Positions 1-8,319 of a stretch of 26,447 nt of DNA are shown piece after piece (position 1 is the stretch's first letter; each line of letters begins with the position of its first letter). This DNA is from a virus (Duplodnaviria > Caudoviricetes). Below the pieces are notes generated by a model. That model had not been told where the DNA came from. It did no database searches and saw only the letters and a program-made list of their open reading frames with translations. The position numbers and the translations under genes are program-made. Location: positions 1-26,447 of IMG/VR virus record IMGVR_UViG_3300042863_000184; one strand, given 5' to 3'.

Positions 1-158
1 TTACCTTGGATTACACATTTCACTACTTTCTTTTCTTCAAAATCCATAATCACATTACAGGTTTGATGGTCCTTATCCTTAATAGTTTTTGAAATCTCTA
101 CTTGTTCGTCAATCTGTCCGGTTGCTTTAAACAAGTAAGTAATTAATATATATCTCAT
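1..158 (-). CDS. Hypothetical phage protein, 3'-partial (MRYILITYLFKATGQIDEQVEISK...)
   Basis: Translated by hand: ATG at 158, 4 nt after the clamp loader stop; 52 open codons run off the window edge. Not in the ORF track. Confidence 0.7.
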   Translation of the reverse strand, partial: MRYILITYLFKATGQIDEQVEISKTIKDKDHQTCNVIMDFEEKKVVKCVIQG

Positions 159-162
159 AATT

Positions 163-1086
163 TTATCCTGTAAGTTCTATTAGTGTAGCAGCCAAACTAA
201 TCTCAGGTATCCCGACTAAACTTAAGTTAGCCAAACCATTGCGAATGACAATAATACTAGCATCACGCTTTTCATTTGTACTTCCCCACAATTCTAAATT
301 ATTGTACATCCAGCGATATAAATCTTCTAGTCGGCTAGGATACAAACTTAGATATTGTAACAGTATCTGTCGTCCTTCATAAATCTTACCACTCTTAAAC
401 AATGAGGTTGCTTCTACTAGCAATTCATCTTCACTGTTAGTTTGATTAGAAGTTGATATTAATTTACCACTACTACTATTTACTTGTAATTGATTTAAAC
501 ACTTACGCAAATCTGGATATGTAGCACTTACATAGTTATCCAATGCATCTAAATCAAACTCAATATTCTCAGTTACCAACACAGTAGCCGCACGTGCAGT
601 AAATTCTGTCTTATCTGTTTTACTGATGTGAAATTCATGGCATCTGCTCTTAAGTGCAGGGATAATTCTATGTTGATAATTACAAGTCAAAATGAATCGT
701 GCAGTCATATGATATGCTTCCATATCATTACGCAATGCTGCCTGACCTGCGGGCGACAAGTAATCTGCCTCATCTAGTAACACAACTTTAAACTTACCGA
801 AAGGCATAGTCTGTACAAATCCAACAATACGATCACGGACAACATCAACACTATTTTCACGACTAGCATTGATTTCTAGAATATCATATTCTTCAATACC
901 AAGTTCATTGATAAGTACTTTGGCAAGAGTAGTTTTGCCAGTACCCGGGTCACCGCTTAACAATAGATGAGGAATGCTTCCATCTTTGATCCAACCCTCT
1001 ACTTGTTGTTTTTGATTCTCATTAACAAAAACATAATCTTCTACTGTTTTAGGGCGATACTTTTCTACCCAAAGTTGATTCTTCAT
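163..1086 (-). CDS. Sliding-clamp loader AAA+ subunit (RFC small subunit / T4 gp44-like)
   Basis: LWVEKYRP N-terminal box, Walker A GDPGTGKTT, EINAS, Walker B LLDEAD, and SRC arginine-finger motif. Confidence 0.95.
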   Translation of the reverse strand: MKNQLWVEKYRPKTVEDYVFVNENQKQQVEGWIKDGSIPHLLLSGDPGTGKTTLAKVLINELGIEEYDILEINASRENSVDVVRDRIVGFVQTMPFGKFKVVLLDEADYLSPAGQAALRNDMEAYHMTARFILTCNYQHRIIPALKSRCHEFHISKTDKTEFTARAATVLVTENIEFDLDALDNYVSATYPDLRKCLNQLQVNSSSGKLISTSNQTNSEDELLVEATSLFKSGKIYEGRQILLQYLSLYPSRLEDLYRWMYNNLELWGSTNEKRDASIIVIRNGLANLSLVGIPEISLAATLIELTG

Positions 1087-1775
1087 TATTTTCTATCACC
1101 AAAAAGTTGCAATAAGTTTATAAAAATGTTAATAAAGTCCATATATAGTGTCAATGCACCTCGAACTTCTGAAACATCCGAATTTTCACTGATACTCAAT
1201 TCTTCACGGATTTGCTGAGTATCATAGGCAGTTAATCCCAAAAAGATTATAATAGCTAATGCACTAATGACCATTTGCATAACTGTACTACCAATGAATA
1301 TATTAATTATACTAGCAATTACAATTGCAATCAAGCCTACAAACATAAATTTTCCCAGGCTGTCTAAACTCTGTTTAGTAAAGTACCCATAGAAACTCAT
1401 AGTACCAAATAATATTGCCGCGCCCATAAATGCACTAACAATACTGCCCATAGTGAACACTGCAAAGATCATTGCAAAACTCAATCCCATTAATGCCGCA
1501 AAGCCATGCAAGCATAACTGGGCAACACCTTTACTAGGATTATTACCTAGCACATAACTGACACCAAAGATTGCCGCTAGTGGAGCAAAGATCACAATCC
1601 ACTTTAGTACACCTGTAAAAAAGAACTGCAATAGTTCCGGTGTAGTTCCTACCCAGTAACTAACTAGCATTGATACAATAACTGCTAATGACATGTGTTT
1701 GTACACACTTACCATACTGGTATTAATTTCGTCTGCTGAACGATATGCGGGTGCATATAAATTTTCATAAATCAT
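1086..1775 (-). CDS. Bax inhibitor-1 / YccA family multi-pass membrane protein
   Basis: About seven hydrophobic segments, VYKHM near the N-terminus, GLTAYDTQQIRE and ALTLYMDFINIFINLLQLFG family signatures. Confidence 0.92.
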   Translation of the reverse strand: MIYENLYAPAYRSADEINTSMVSVYKHMSLAVIVSMLVSYWVGTTPELLQFFFTGVLKWIVIFAPLAAIFGVSYVLGNNPSKGVAQLCLHGFAALMGLSFAMIFAVFTMGSIVSAFMGAAILFGTMSFYGYFTKQSLDSLGKFMFVGLIAIVIASIINIFIGSTVMQMVISALAIIIFLGLTAYDTQQIREELSISENSDVSEVRGALTLYMDFINIFINLLQLFGDRK

Positions 1776-1777
1776 TT

Positions 1778-2053
1778 TTATTTCCTTAACATTTCATAAG
1801 TTATAATGTGTGCGATACTTTGACCCAAATCTTGGTCACTATTGATGATATGCAATCTACGGTCGTTTCTGTCATTCTTTTCATCATACTGACTATACTG
1901 CATAACATATCCACCGACAGCACTCAGAATAGTAAAATTCATACCATTTCCCTCAATTTCCCTATCTCTACTTGAGATTGAACGGATGGATGATGCCTCT
2001 GTCTCATCTTCTTCAAAAATCCAATTGCGTAATTTACGTCTTAACCAATTCAT
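1778..2053 (-). CDS. Hypothetical protein, 91 aa
   Basis: ATGA overlap with the upstream stop, purine-rich RBS (GGAAGAAG), tight operon packing. Confidence 0.8.
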   Translation of the reverse strand: MNWLRRKLRNWIFEEDETEASSIRSISSRDREIEGNGMNFTILSAVGGYVMQYSQYDEKNDRNDRRLHIINSDQDLGQSIAHIITYEMLRK

Positions 2054-2583
2054 TCTTCTTCCTTTTTACCTTTTTTTGGTGTATCAAACGGCCACTTAGC
2101 AGTTTCTACAGTAGACGCAAGTTCGGGTCCAAATGGCCACTGTGTGGGTTTTTCTAGCATTGCTCTTGCCTCAGCATCATTAGAACTTTCAACAACTTCA
2201 TCGGTGTCTACATTCGTAATGATTAAATCGCAATCAATGATCATTTCACATTCATCTTGACTCCAACCATGTTCTTCTAAGTCAAGCCAACTGTTACCTT
2301 CTTCAAAGAATTCTTCTAGCCATGCTTGTGTTTCTTCATCACACTCATCCATGTCGTGTTCTTCCCAACACCCGTCGTTGGTTTCAACAAGTTCAGCCTC
2401 GTATCCGCAATTGTAGATATCTACTCCGGATTCAATGGCCGGTGGATTGTCATCGTCTGTATAAACAGTAAATTCTCCCCAGCGCCAGCCAGTTTCGATC
2501 ATTACTTTGTTATCATCTTTCGTAAAGTAATTACGTTCAATGATTGATTTTTTCCATTCAGGTTTAACACTCCACGTTGCCAT
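2050..2583 (-). CDS. Acidic hypothetical protein (start revised to MATWSVKPEW, 177 aa)
   Basis: GGAG RBS at 2590-2593 precedes the ATG at 2583, just after the GroES stop; the track start at 2631 overlaps GroES. Confidence 0.8.
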   Translation of the reverse strand: MATWSVKPEWKKSIIERNYFTKDDNKVMIETGWRWGEFTVYTDDDNPPAIESGVDIYNCGYEAELVETNDGCWEEHDMDECDEETQAWLEEFFEEGNSWLDLEEHGWSQDECEMIIDCDLIITNVDTDEVVESSNDAEARAMLEKPTQWPFGPELASTVETAKWPFDTPKKGKKEEE

Positions 2584-2584
2584 T

Positions 2585-2953
2585 TTAATCTCCTTTGTCT
2601 GAAATGTATTCGTCTTGCATAGGTTCGTCACTAACTAGCAGTATATCATTAGAATCAACTCTACGCAACGTCTTTTTACCCTCTTCATCTTCAATATCGA
2701 TTCCTCTGGTCCATCTACCGTGAGCAATACAAATATATTGACCAATTTTCAAATCACCGTCATACTCAGGTCCAAACTTATAAATCTGTGCCCAACGAGG
2801 ACGAATGCCCGTACCCTTCATATCATCATTCAACAAAATAATACCACTTGTAGTAATACGTTGGTCAAAATGCATATCAGTTACAACAATATAATCCTTA
2901 ATAGGCTTAAATTGTTCTTTATTAAATTTATGTGCTTCAAATGCTAATTTCAC
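2585..2953 (-). CDS. groES: GroES/Cpn10-like co-chaperonin
   Basis: KPIKDYIVV, mobile-loop TTSGIIL, GP...LKIGQ and C-terminal DILLV follow the Cpn10 pattern. Confidence 0.8.
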   Translation of the reverse strand: MKLAFEAHKFNKEQFKPIKDYIVVTDMHFDQRITTSGIILLNDDMKGTGIRPRWAQIYKFGPEYDGDLKIGQYICIAHGRWTRGIDIEDEEGKKTLRRVDSNDILLVSDEPMQDEYISDKGD

Positions 2954-3252
2954 TTTTTAATATCCTCATCGTTATCAAATAATTCTTTCTCTTCCGAAGT
3001 CAAATCTTCTATGACACTGGGCTTTGGAATATTTACTGGCTTGTTAACAGCATTTGGTTGTCGTTGACCAACTGCTTTTTGATAGTTGTTTTTAACTCGT
3101 TTCGTACTATCTTTAATAACTTGGTTATTACTATCAACAATGTCACCACGGGCATTTACATTCATGTTTCCCACTGCCCTGACTTTTTCATTTTTTGAGG
3201 CTAAACGGCTCATATCAACCATTTTGCCCTGTGCTGTTCTATATGCTGGCAT
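2950..3252 (-). CDS. Hypothetical protein, 100 aa
   Basis: AGGAG RBS upstream; its stop overlaps the GroES start (GTGA). Confidence 0.8.
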   Translation of the reverse strand: MPAYRTAQGKMVDMSRLASKNEKVRAVGNMNVNARGDIVDSNNQVIKDSTKRVKNNYQKAVGQRQPNAVNKPVNIPKPSVIEDLTSEEKELFDNDEDIKK

Positions 3253-3261
3253 AATTTTCTC

Positions 3262-3783
3262 CTATTTTAAAAATTCATCTATAGATAAATCATAATATAT
3301 GCTATTTATTCTATGGATCCCTATCAGATATAGAACATAACTGCTCACACTACTACCCCTACCCACTCCCCAAACAATATTATGTTCACGCATCATATCC
3401 ACTAGATACTTACAATAACGCAATAATGGGAACATATCACGTTCTAAGAATAGAATTAATTCACTTCCAGTTCGTTGTAGTTCGTCATCCGTTTTACACT
3501 TATCTAAAACATATTTGGCTATGTCTAACTCATTGTATTCTTTTGGCATGTACCAATTCTGTTGATTCATTATATCAAAATCTTCAACGTTCATATCTAA
3601 TTCAGAATATGATATCATATTGGGAAATACAGAGTCCATTGGAGTTATTAACTCTAATTCAGGATTATTATGTATCGGTGATTCTACTATTGCATTTTTA
3701 ACAGTCACTGTGGGGTCGCTAAGGAATATATGACATAGGTCATTTTCGTTTAGAATTTGTCTACTGTACTTGTCAATTCGCAT
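3262..3783 (-). CDS. DNA polymerase III alpha (DnaE)-like fragment, first part of the palm/NTPase domain only
   Basis: RTGSEL...LVDMMREHNIVWGVGRGSSVSSYVLYLIGIHRINSIYYDLSIDEFLK aligns with DnaE [34 protein letters not shown]; ATG at 3783 preferred over TTG at 3789. Confidence 0.85.
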   Translation of the reverse strand: MRIDKYSRQILNENDLCHIFLSDPTVTVKNAIVESPIHNNPELELITPMDSVFPNMISYSELDMNVEDFDIMNQQNWYMPKEYNELDIAKYVLDKCKTDDELQRTGSELILFLERDMFPLLRYCKYLVDMMREHNIVWGVGRGSSVSSYVLYLIGIHRINSIYYDLSIDEFLK

Positions 3784-3788
3784 ACACA

Positions 3789-3817
3789 ACTATAACACAT
3801 TTGTGTGTATGATGCAA
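3789..3817 (-). promoter_or_regulatory. Sigma70-type (early) promoter TTGCAT-N17-TATAGT with extended -10 TGn
   Basis: -35 at 3817-3812, 17-nt spacer, TG at 3797-3796, -10 at 3794-3789, in the gap ahead of the DnaE fragment operon. Confidence 0.65.
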
Positions 3818-3820
3818 CCT

Positions 3821-4423
3821 CTATTTGTCCACTTTTTCAAATGAGGCGTACAATATTTCGGAAGCGTCAGAAGTAACTTTCTTATCTTTCCAATTCAATG
3901 AGAGTTCATCCCAATTATTAACACTTTTGGTTAGTTTGACTATTTTCTTTTTGGATTTGATCATCTTATTGATTATCTTCAAATTATTTTCACGCCACCA
4001 GCCCTTGTTACTAAATGGACCTGTATTTTCTTCAATGCTATGTAAGCAACTTACACCATCACTCATCTTGCTTGTAATTTGGATATCATGTATTAACAAT
4101 CTGCCCTCAGCAATAGCGTTTAATTTAACCAATAACATAATGCCAATGATTTGATCATATGGCTCTTCCGGGATAACACAAATTTTTAAACCTGCATCAT
4201 TCAATTGCTCTATTATATCAGTATTTACATCATGCACAAATACAGCATTTTCTAATACTACATGAATGAAATACTTAATTCTATCTAATGCTATATTTTG
4301 TTCTTGGATAGAGTCTGACTCTACAGTGCAATTGATATCAATATCATAAATGTTCATGTAGAATTCGTTTTCATAATACATACCAGATACGAACTGGAAA
4401 TCTTTTTGAATTCTAGCGGTCAT
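3821..4423 (-). CDS. Hypothetical protein, 200 aa (possible degenerate QueD/T-fold)
   Basis: Intact ORF with ATGA coupling to the upstream gene; the fold guess rests on residue pattern only. Confidence 0.75.
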   Translation of the reverse strand: MTARIQKDFQFVSGMYYENEFYMNIYDIDINCTVESDSIQEQNIALDRIKYFIHVVLENAVFVHDVNTDIIEQLNDAGLKICVIPEEPYDQIIGIMLLVKLNAIAEGRLLIHDIQITSKMSDGVSCLHSIEENTGPFSNKGWWRENNLKIINKMIKSKKKIVKLTKSVNNWDELSLNWKDKKVTSDASEILYASFEKVDK

Positions 4424-4656
4424 TTATTGTCTTTGCTAATATTAATTTTGTTTCCTAAATTTTGCTTCTTGTATACTTCATCTATGCGTTTACTATATTC
4501 TACTTTATAGCTTTCTAAAATCATAAGCATTTGATGAATCATAGGACCGTTTTGAGACCTATATACAAAATTTAGTTTCTGTGTTAGATCCTGAATAGTA
4601 TTTTGCAATTCTTCAATTGTTTTACCACTTAGATCATTAATGAAAGGATGTTGCAT
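4420..4656 (-). CDS. Small coiled-coil hypothetical protein, 78 aa
   Basis: ORF directly after a TATAAATA motif; heptad-like IEELQNTIQDLTQKLNF. Confidence 0.75.
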   Translation of the reverse strand: MQHPFINDLSGKTIEELQNTIQDLTQKLNFVYRSQNGPMIHQMLMILESYKVEYSKRIDEVYKKQNLGNKINISKDNK

Positions 4657-4661
4657 TCATA

Positions 4662-4669
4662 TATTTATA
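4662..4669 (-). promoter_or_regulatory. T4-type late promoter TATAAATA
   Basis: Exact T4 late consensus in a 33-nt intergenic gap, centred in a 9-bp inverted repeat. Confidence 0.7.
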
Positions 4670-4689
4670 TATGAATATGTGAATGGAAA

Positions 4690-5490
4690 TTAAACTGCGC
4701 TTAACGCTACTTTGCCCCAAATAGAAGAAGAACCGTTATATGTGCCTACACAAACATATAGATATGAGCCGTCTGTGCAAATCTGTCCGGGCCCGTCTCC
4801 AGGTAATCCCAAATTAGTAGGTGCTCTAACTGGGATTTGACTTCCCTTTTGATTCCTATTTGTAGGTGAAACATCCAGTGTTGCTCCACAATCTAATGTA
4901 GAGAAATTATATGTTAATTTATTCACACCATTGGGAACTGTAACTACATTAGTATAAGTGGTACTAGGAGTAACTGTGCCATTTGAATAATAGTTTTCTA
5001 ACAGTCTAGCACTAGGCAATAATCCAGCACTGACATTTCCTCCTACATTTACGGTTGAACTAGGGAAGGTGATGAACGCACTACTATTAGATATGGATAG
5101 CATCAATTGTACATTACTTTGTGTACCAGAGGGTGCCCACCCACCAAATGAAATTGCTGTATTTTGAGTAATAGTTCCGTATTGGACATCCCCTTTACTT
5201 ACATCTATAGTAACAGTACTAGGTAAGTTACTTCCTAAGTTATAAGTTTTAGCACGAAAACCTTGAATGGCAGCATTGCTTATCAATGTATTTGCCATGT
5301 CATTATTCAATGTCGAATTAGTAAGGGCAGATTTTACAATTGCTTTGGATTGCAGATCAGTTAACTCAGTGCCAGCAGTATCTAAATTAGTTTTAATGCT
5401 GGTAAAATTATCCCTAAAACCTTGTGTGGTGTTGTTGACACCAGGTACTGGATATGTGGTGTCAATTGAATTAGTGTTTATGTTGCTCAT
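4690..5490 (-). CDS. Virion structural protein (tail/baseplate associated), 266 aa
   Basis: N/T/S-rich; N-terminal QGFRDNFTSIKTNL helix and C-terminal GDGPGQICTDGSYLYVC...W motif typical of phage tail proteins; late promoter upstream. Confidence 0.6.
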   Translation of the reverse strand: MSNINTNSIDTTYPVPGVNNTTQGFRDNFTSIKTNLDTAGTELTDLQSKAIVKSALTNSTLNNDMANTLISNAAIQGFRAKTYNLGSNLPSTVTIDVSKGDVQYGTITQNTAISFGGWAPSGTQSNVQLMLSISNSSAFITFPSSTVNVGGNVSAGLLPSARLLENYYSNGTVTPSTTYTNVVTVPNGVNKLTYNFSTLDCGATLDVSPTNRNQKGSQIPVRAPTNLGLPGDGPGQICTDGSYLYVCVGTYNGSSSIWGKVALSAV

Positions 5491-5507
5491 TTTGTTATTC
5501 CGTTATG

Positions 5508-5514
5508 TATTTAT
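5508..5514 (-). promoter_or_regulatory. Late promoter ATAAATA
   Basis: Recurrent intergenic motif overlapping the upstream TAA, 17 nt before the ATG at 5490. Confidence 0.6.
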
Positions 5515-7682
5515 TACTCTAAAGTGTCGGGTAAAATAGTTTTTCTAGGGAATAGAACAGGAATATCATATACATTCATTGGGTCAGGGGTAGGATAACC
5601 TCCTGGAAATTCATTCCAATTTGCCTTAACTAATTTAACGTTATAGTTAAAAGATGCACTTTTGTCTATGGTAAATCTATCTACAGAAAAATCAATTTCA
5701 TTTAGTCTATGAGTCCAATAATTATCTATTACAAATTTGATCATGTTACTCTTACCCGGCAATGTGTATGCTATTACCCATGCTTGCACAAACCCCAATG
5801 TATTACCATCTTCTTGTTGTGAAGTCATCCATCTAGGTAGTAAATCCTGATCATCAGTATATTCTAAGTGATTAGTTAATTCAACTCGCATATTTGTTAA
5901 ACTAGCTGGGTATAAATCTCTAATATAGCCTGGACTATAACTAGTATAAATGCTTTCATCACTAGTGAATCTATCGTCATTAGAAACATAATATGGGCCT
6001 CGATCCATACTTATTTTTCTAGGCCACTGTATTTTAATAGGGATACTTACCCCTTTTGGATTTACTAAATCATCAATAATAGATGAATAAACTACTTCGT
6101 ATATAATTTCATTATTACTATCTCTTGCAACCGCAGTTTTAATTTCACCTAATACCAGTTTTCTATCATAATGATTTTTTTGCATAGCATTAATATAATG
6201 TGATAAGTCAGTAGAATCTACACCATATATATGTATATATTTTACTTCTGACGCTTTACCAAAATACACATCATCTGGTCTATATAAGAAGTTAGTAGGT
6301 ATTAGTTGTTCATTGGTTAACAATGAATTTATAATTTGTCGCCCAGCTAAATTAGGAGTAGCTTTCAAGTATATATTATCAGTTGGATTAGTAAATTTTT
6401 GATATACAGTTAATGTAAATTCTCTAGTTGCTTGTACAACAGGAAATTGAGGGTTATATGCCTGAACTGTAAATGTATATGTAGTTGAATCACCTTGAGC
6501 TAATAGCGCACCAGTTGGTTGATACGGTACTCTACCTGTTATTTGACCATTTTCCAATAAGGTTAGGTTGGGCGGTAAACTGCCTGCTCTGATTATATAA
6601 CTTATATTTCTAACAGAGGTAGCTTCTAAATATAGTTCACTTACTGAACCGTTATTTAAAATACCCAAATCAGATGAAGTAGTCCATACGATATCTTGTT
6701 CAATCTGATTGGTTACTATCATTGTATAAGTTTCAAAACTACTTCGTATACCAGGTATATCTTTTTTACACACTGCTATATCAAACGTATATTTGCTTAT
6801 CGCATTATCTGGCATAATAGGTATACCAGTTATCCAACCAGTATTAAGATCACCTGTAAGGCCTGGTGGTAAAACACCATATAAGTATGTTAATGTATTT
6901 TTATCAAAATCATGACCTAGTATCTTAAATGAAAAATATTCATTTGCTCTTGCAGTGGGTATTTTATTATCCTCAGGTAAATAATATGCGTAATACGGAT
7001 CATTAATATCTAACGGTAATTCTAATGGAGTATTATTCAATATCACCGGTACTCTAGTATTTGGTGGCTTATTGATATTTTGGTTTCTAACTACAATACT
7101 AAATGATTTACTATCATTACCTATTTCACTAATCAATTGAACATAAAAATTATAAGTTTCTGTAGTTGGGAAGCCCAACGATGTTAACGGCGGGGTAGGA
7201 TAACCTTGAATTAATCCTGTATTGCTCATGTATAGGCCTGGTGGTAGGTCACCGGATGATAATACTATCCCGTATTCATTAGTTGCAACAGGATTATATA
7301 CTTGTAATTGATAATTTACATATGTACTATCAAGTATGTTTAGTAGTTGACCATTAGGTGTAGTAATGTGTACACCTTGCAAACCGTATACTCTAACAGA
7401 AAACGTTCTATCACGGATGTTATTAAAGTTATCAGTAACTCTTACTGTAAATGTGTAAGTTGTTTCTGCAATAACATCTACTGGTTTACCAGTAATATAT
7501 CCAGTATCATTGAGTGATATTGGATTTGCTGATATACCAGGTGGCAATGTACCATTAAGAAGTGTGTATGTTACCGATATACTAGGAGATATTGGCTGTG
7601 CTACTAATTGAATCCCCAAATCAAAACCTGCAGGGAATACACCTAAATCTCCGGCAGGGGTGATCCATACTGGTTGTGCCAT
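5514..7682 (-). CDS. Baseplate/tail structural protein with putative Ig-like repeats, 722 aa
   Basis: Four repeats of G-x-LPP-G/N-(L/I)...G-x-I-x-G-x-P...TYTFTV (putative Ig/He_PIG-like); structural gene context. Confidence 0.7.
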   Translation of the reverse strand: MAQPVWITPAGDLGVFPAGFDLGIQLVAQPISPSISVTYTLLNGTLPPGISANPISLNDTGYITGKPVDVIAETTYTFTVRVTDNFNNIRDRTFSVRVYGLQGVHITTPNGQLLNILDSTYVNYQLQVYNPVATNEYGIVLSSGDLPPGLYMSNTGLIQGYPTPPLTSLGFPTTETYNFYVQLISEIGNDSKSFSIVVRNQNINKPPNTRVPVILNNTPLELPLDINDPYYAYYLPEDNKIPTARANEYFSFKILGHDFDKNTLTYLYGVLPPGLTGDLNTGWITGIPIMPDNAISKYTFDIAVCKKDIPGIRSSFETYTMIVTNQIEQDIVWTTSSDLGILNNGSVSELYLEATSVRNISYIIRAGSLPPNLTLLENGQITGRVPYQPTGALLAQGDSTTYTFTVQAYNPQFPVVQATREFTLTVYQKFTNPTDNIYLKATPNLAGRQIINSLLTNEQLIPTNFLYRPDDVYFGKASEVKYIHIYGVDSTDLSHYINAMQKNHYDRKLVLGEIKTAVARDSNNEIIYEVVYSSIIDDLVNPKGVSIPIKIQWPRKISMDRGPYYVSNDDRFTSDESIYTSYSPGYIRDLYPASLTNMRVELTNHLEYTDDQDLLPRWMTSQQEDGNTLGFVQAWVIAYTLPGKSNMIKFVIDNYWTHRLNEIDFSVDRFTIDKSASFNYNVKLVKANWNEFPGGYPTPDPMNVYDIPVLFPRKTILPDTLE

Positions 7683-7683
7683 A

Positions 7684-8310
7684 TTATCCGTGATGTTCTA
7701 ATAAATCTAATGCTAAATGATAGTGGTGTTTCCTATCTTCTAGACCAATTGTGCCACCATTGATGCGCTTAGTTAATGTAACAAAATCATCTTTATCGCA
7801 GTATTGATTTAAATTGTTATTATCCCAGAACCATCCTGCACTACTTACTGCTCCGGCAGGTGTTTCTAAGTATGCAACAGTTTCTTCAATACTAATACCC
7901 AAATCTTCTGCAAACTTTGTATAGTTAGCACGACCAGTCAATTGAATTAATCCGCGGCCGCAGAATCTATATCCATCGCCACTAGCTTCGTCACCGTTAG
8001 CCATACGATTAGCATAAACTCGGTTAGCAATCTTTTCAGGTTTGCGTTCATACGGCTTAGCAGTTGCTTCATCTGGAAAGTACTTTTTAAACGTACCAAC
8101 CAGGCCCTTAGCACTGTAGTTTAGATTTTCTTTAACAAAATTGAATCCACCTGATTCATGTGCAGTTTGTGCTACGAATGCAGCCGCACGATGCATATTT
8201 ACATACATATCATAATATTCTGCAACCTCATGCAAAGGCTCAGCGTATAATTGTAATACGTTAACTTTTGTTTTTGGGCATAATTTTTGTAATAATTCTA
8301 ATGTTATCAT
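7684..8310 (-). CDS. Glycoside hydrolase family 19 lysin (chitinase-like endolysin or tail lysozyme)
   Basis: AAFVAQTAHESGGF, ENLNYS, GDGYRFCGRGLIQLTGRANY, SAGWFW, TKRINGG motifs. Confidence 0.93.
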   Translation of the reverse strand: MITLELLQKLCPKTKVNVLQLYAEPLHEVAEYYDMYVNMHRAAAFVAQTAHESGGFNFVKENLNYSAKGLVGTFKKYFPDEATAKPYERKPEKIANRVYANRMANGDEASGDGYRFCGRGLIQLTGRANYTKFAEDLGISIEETVAYLETPAGAVSSAGWFWDNNNLNQYCDKDDFVTLTKRINGGTIGLEDRKHHYHLALDLLEHHG

Positions 8311-8319
8311 TTTATTTCC

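Noticed and set aside
163-1775. Archaeal or eukaryotic origin suggested by the RFC-like and BI-1 genes
   Set aside because: T4-like phages encode RFC-type clamp loaders; Shine-Dalgarno sites, sigma70 promoters and a GH19 lysin point to a bacteriophage.
2584-2631. ORF-track N-terminal extension MTNLCKTNTFQTKEIK
   Set aside because: Overlaps GroES; a strong RBS supports the ATG at 2583.
3262-3823. Possible stop-codon recoding or read-through extending the DnaE fragment
   Set aside because: The TAG stops at 3262 and 3821 fall at natural gene ends, long genes are uninterrupted in code 11, and the sequence after 3262 shows no DnaE continuation.
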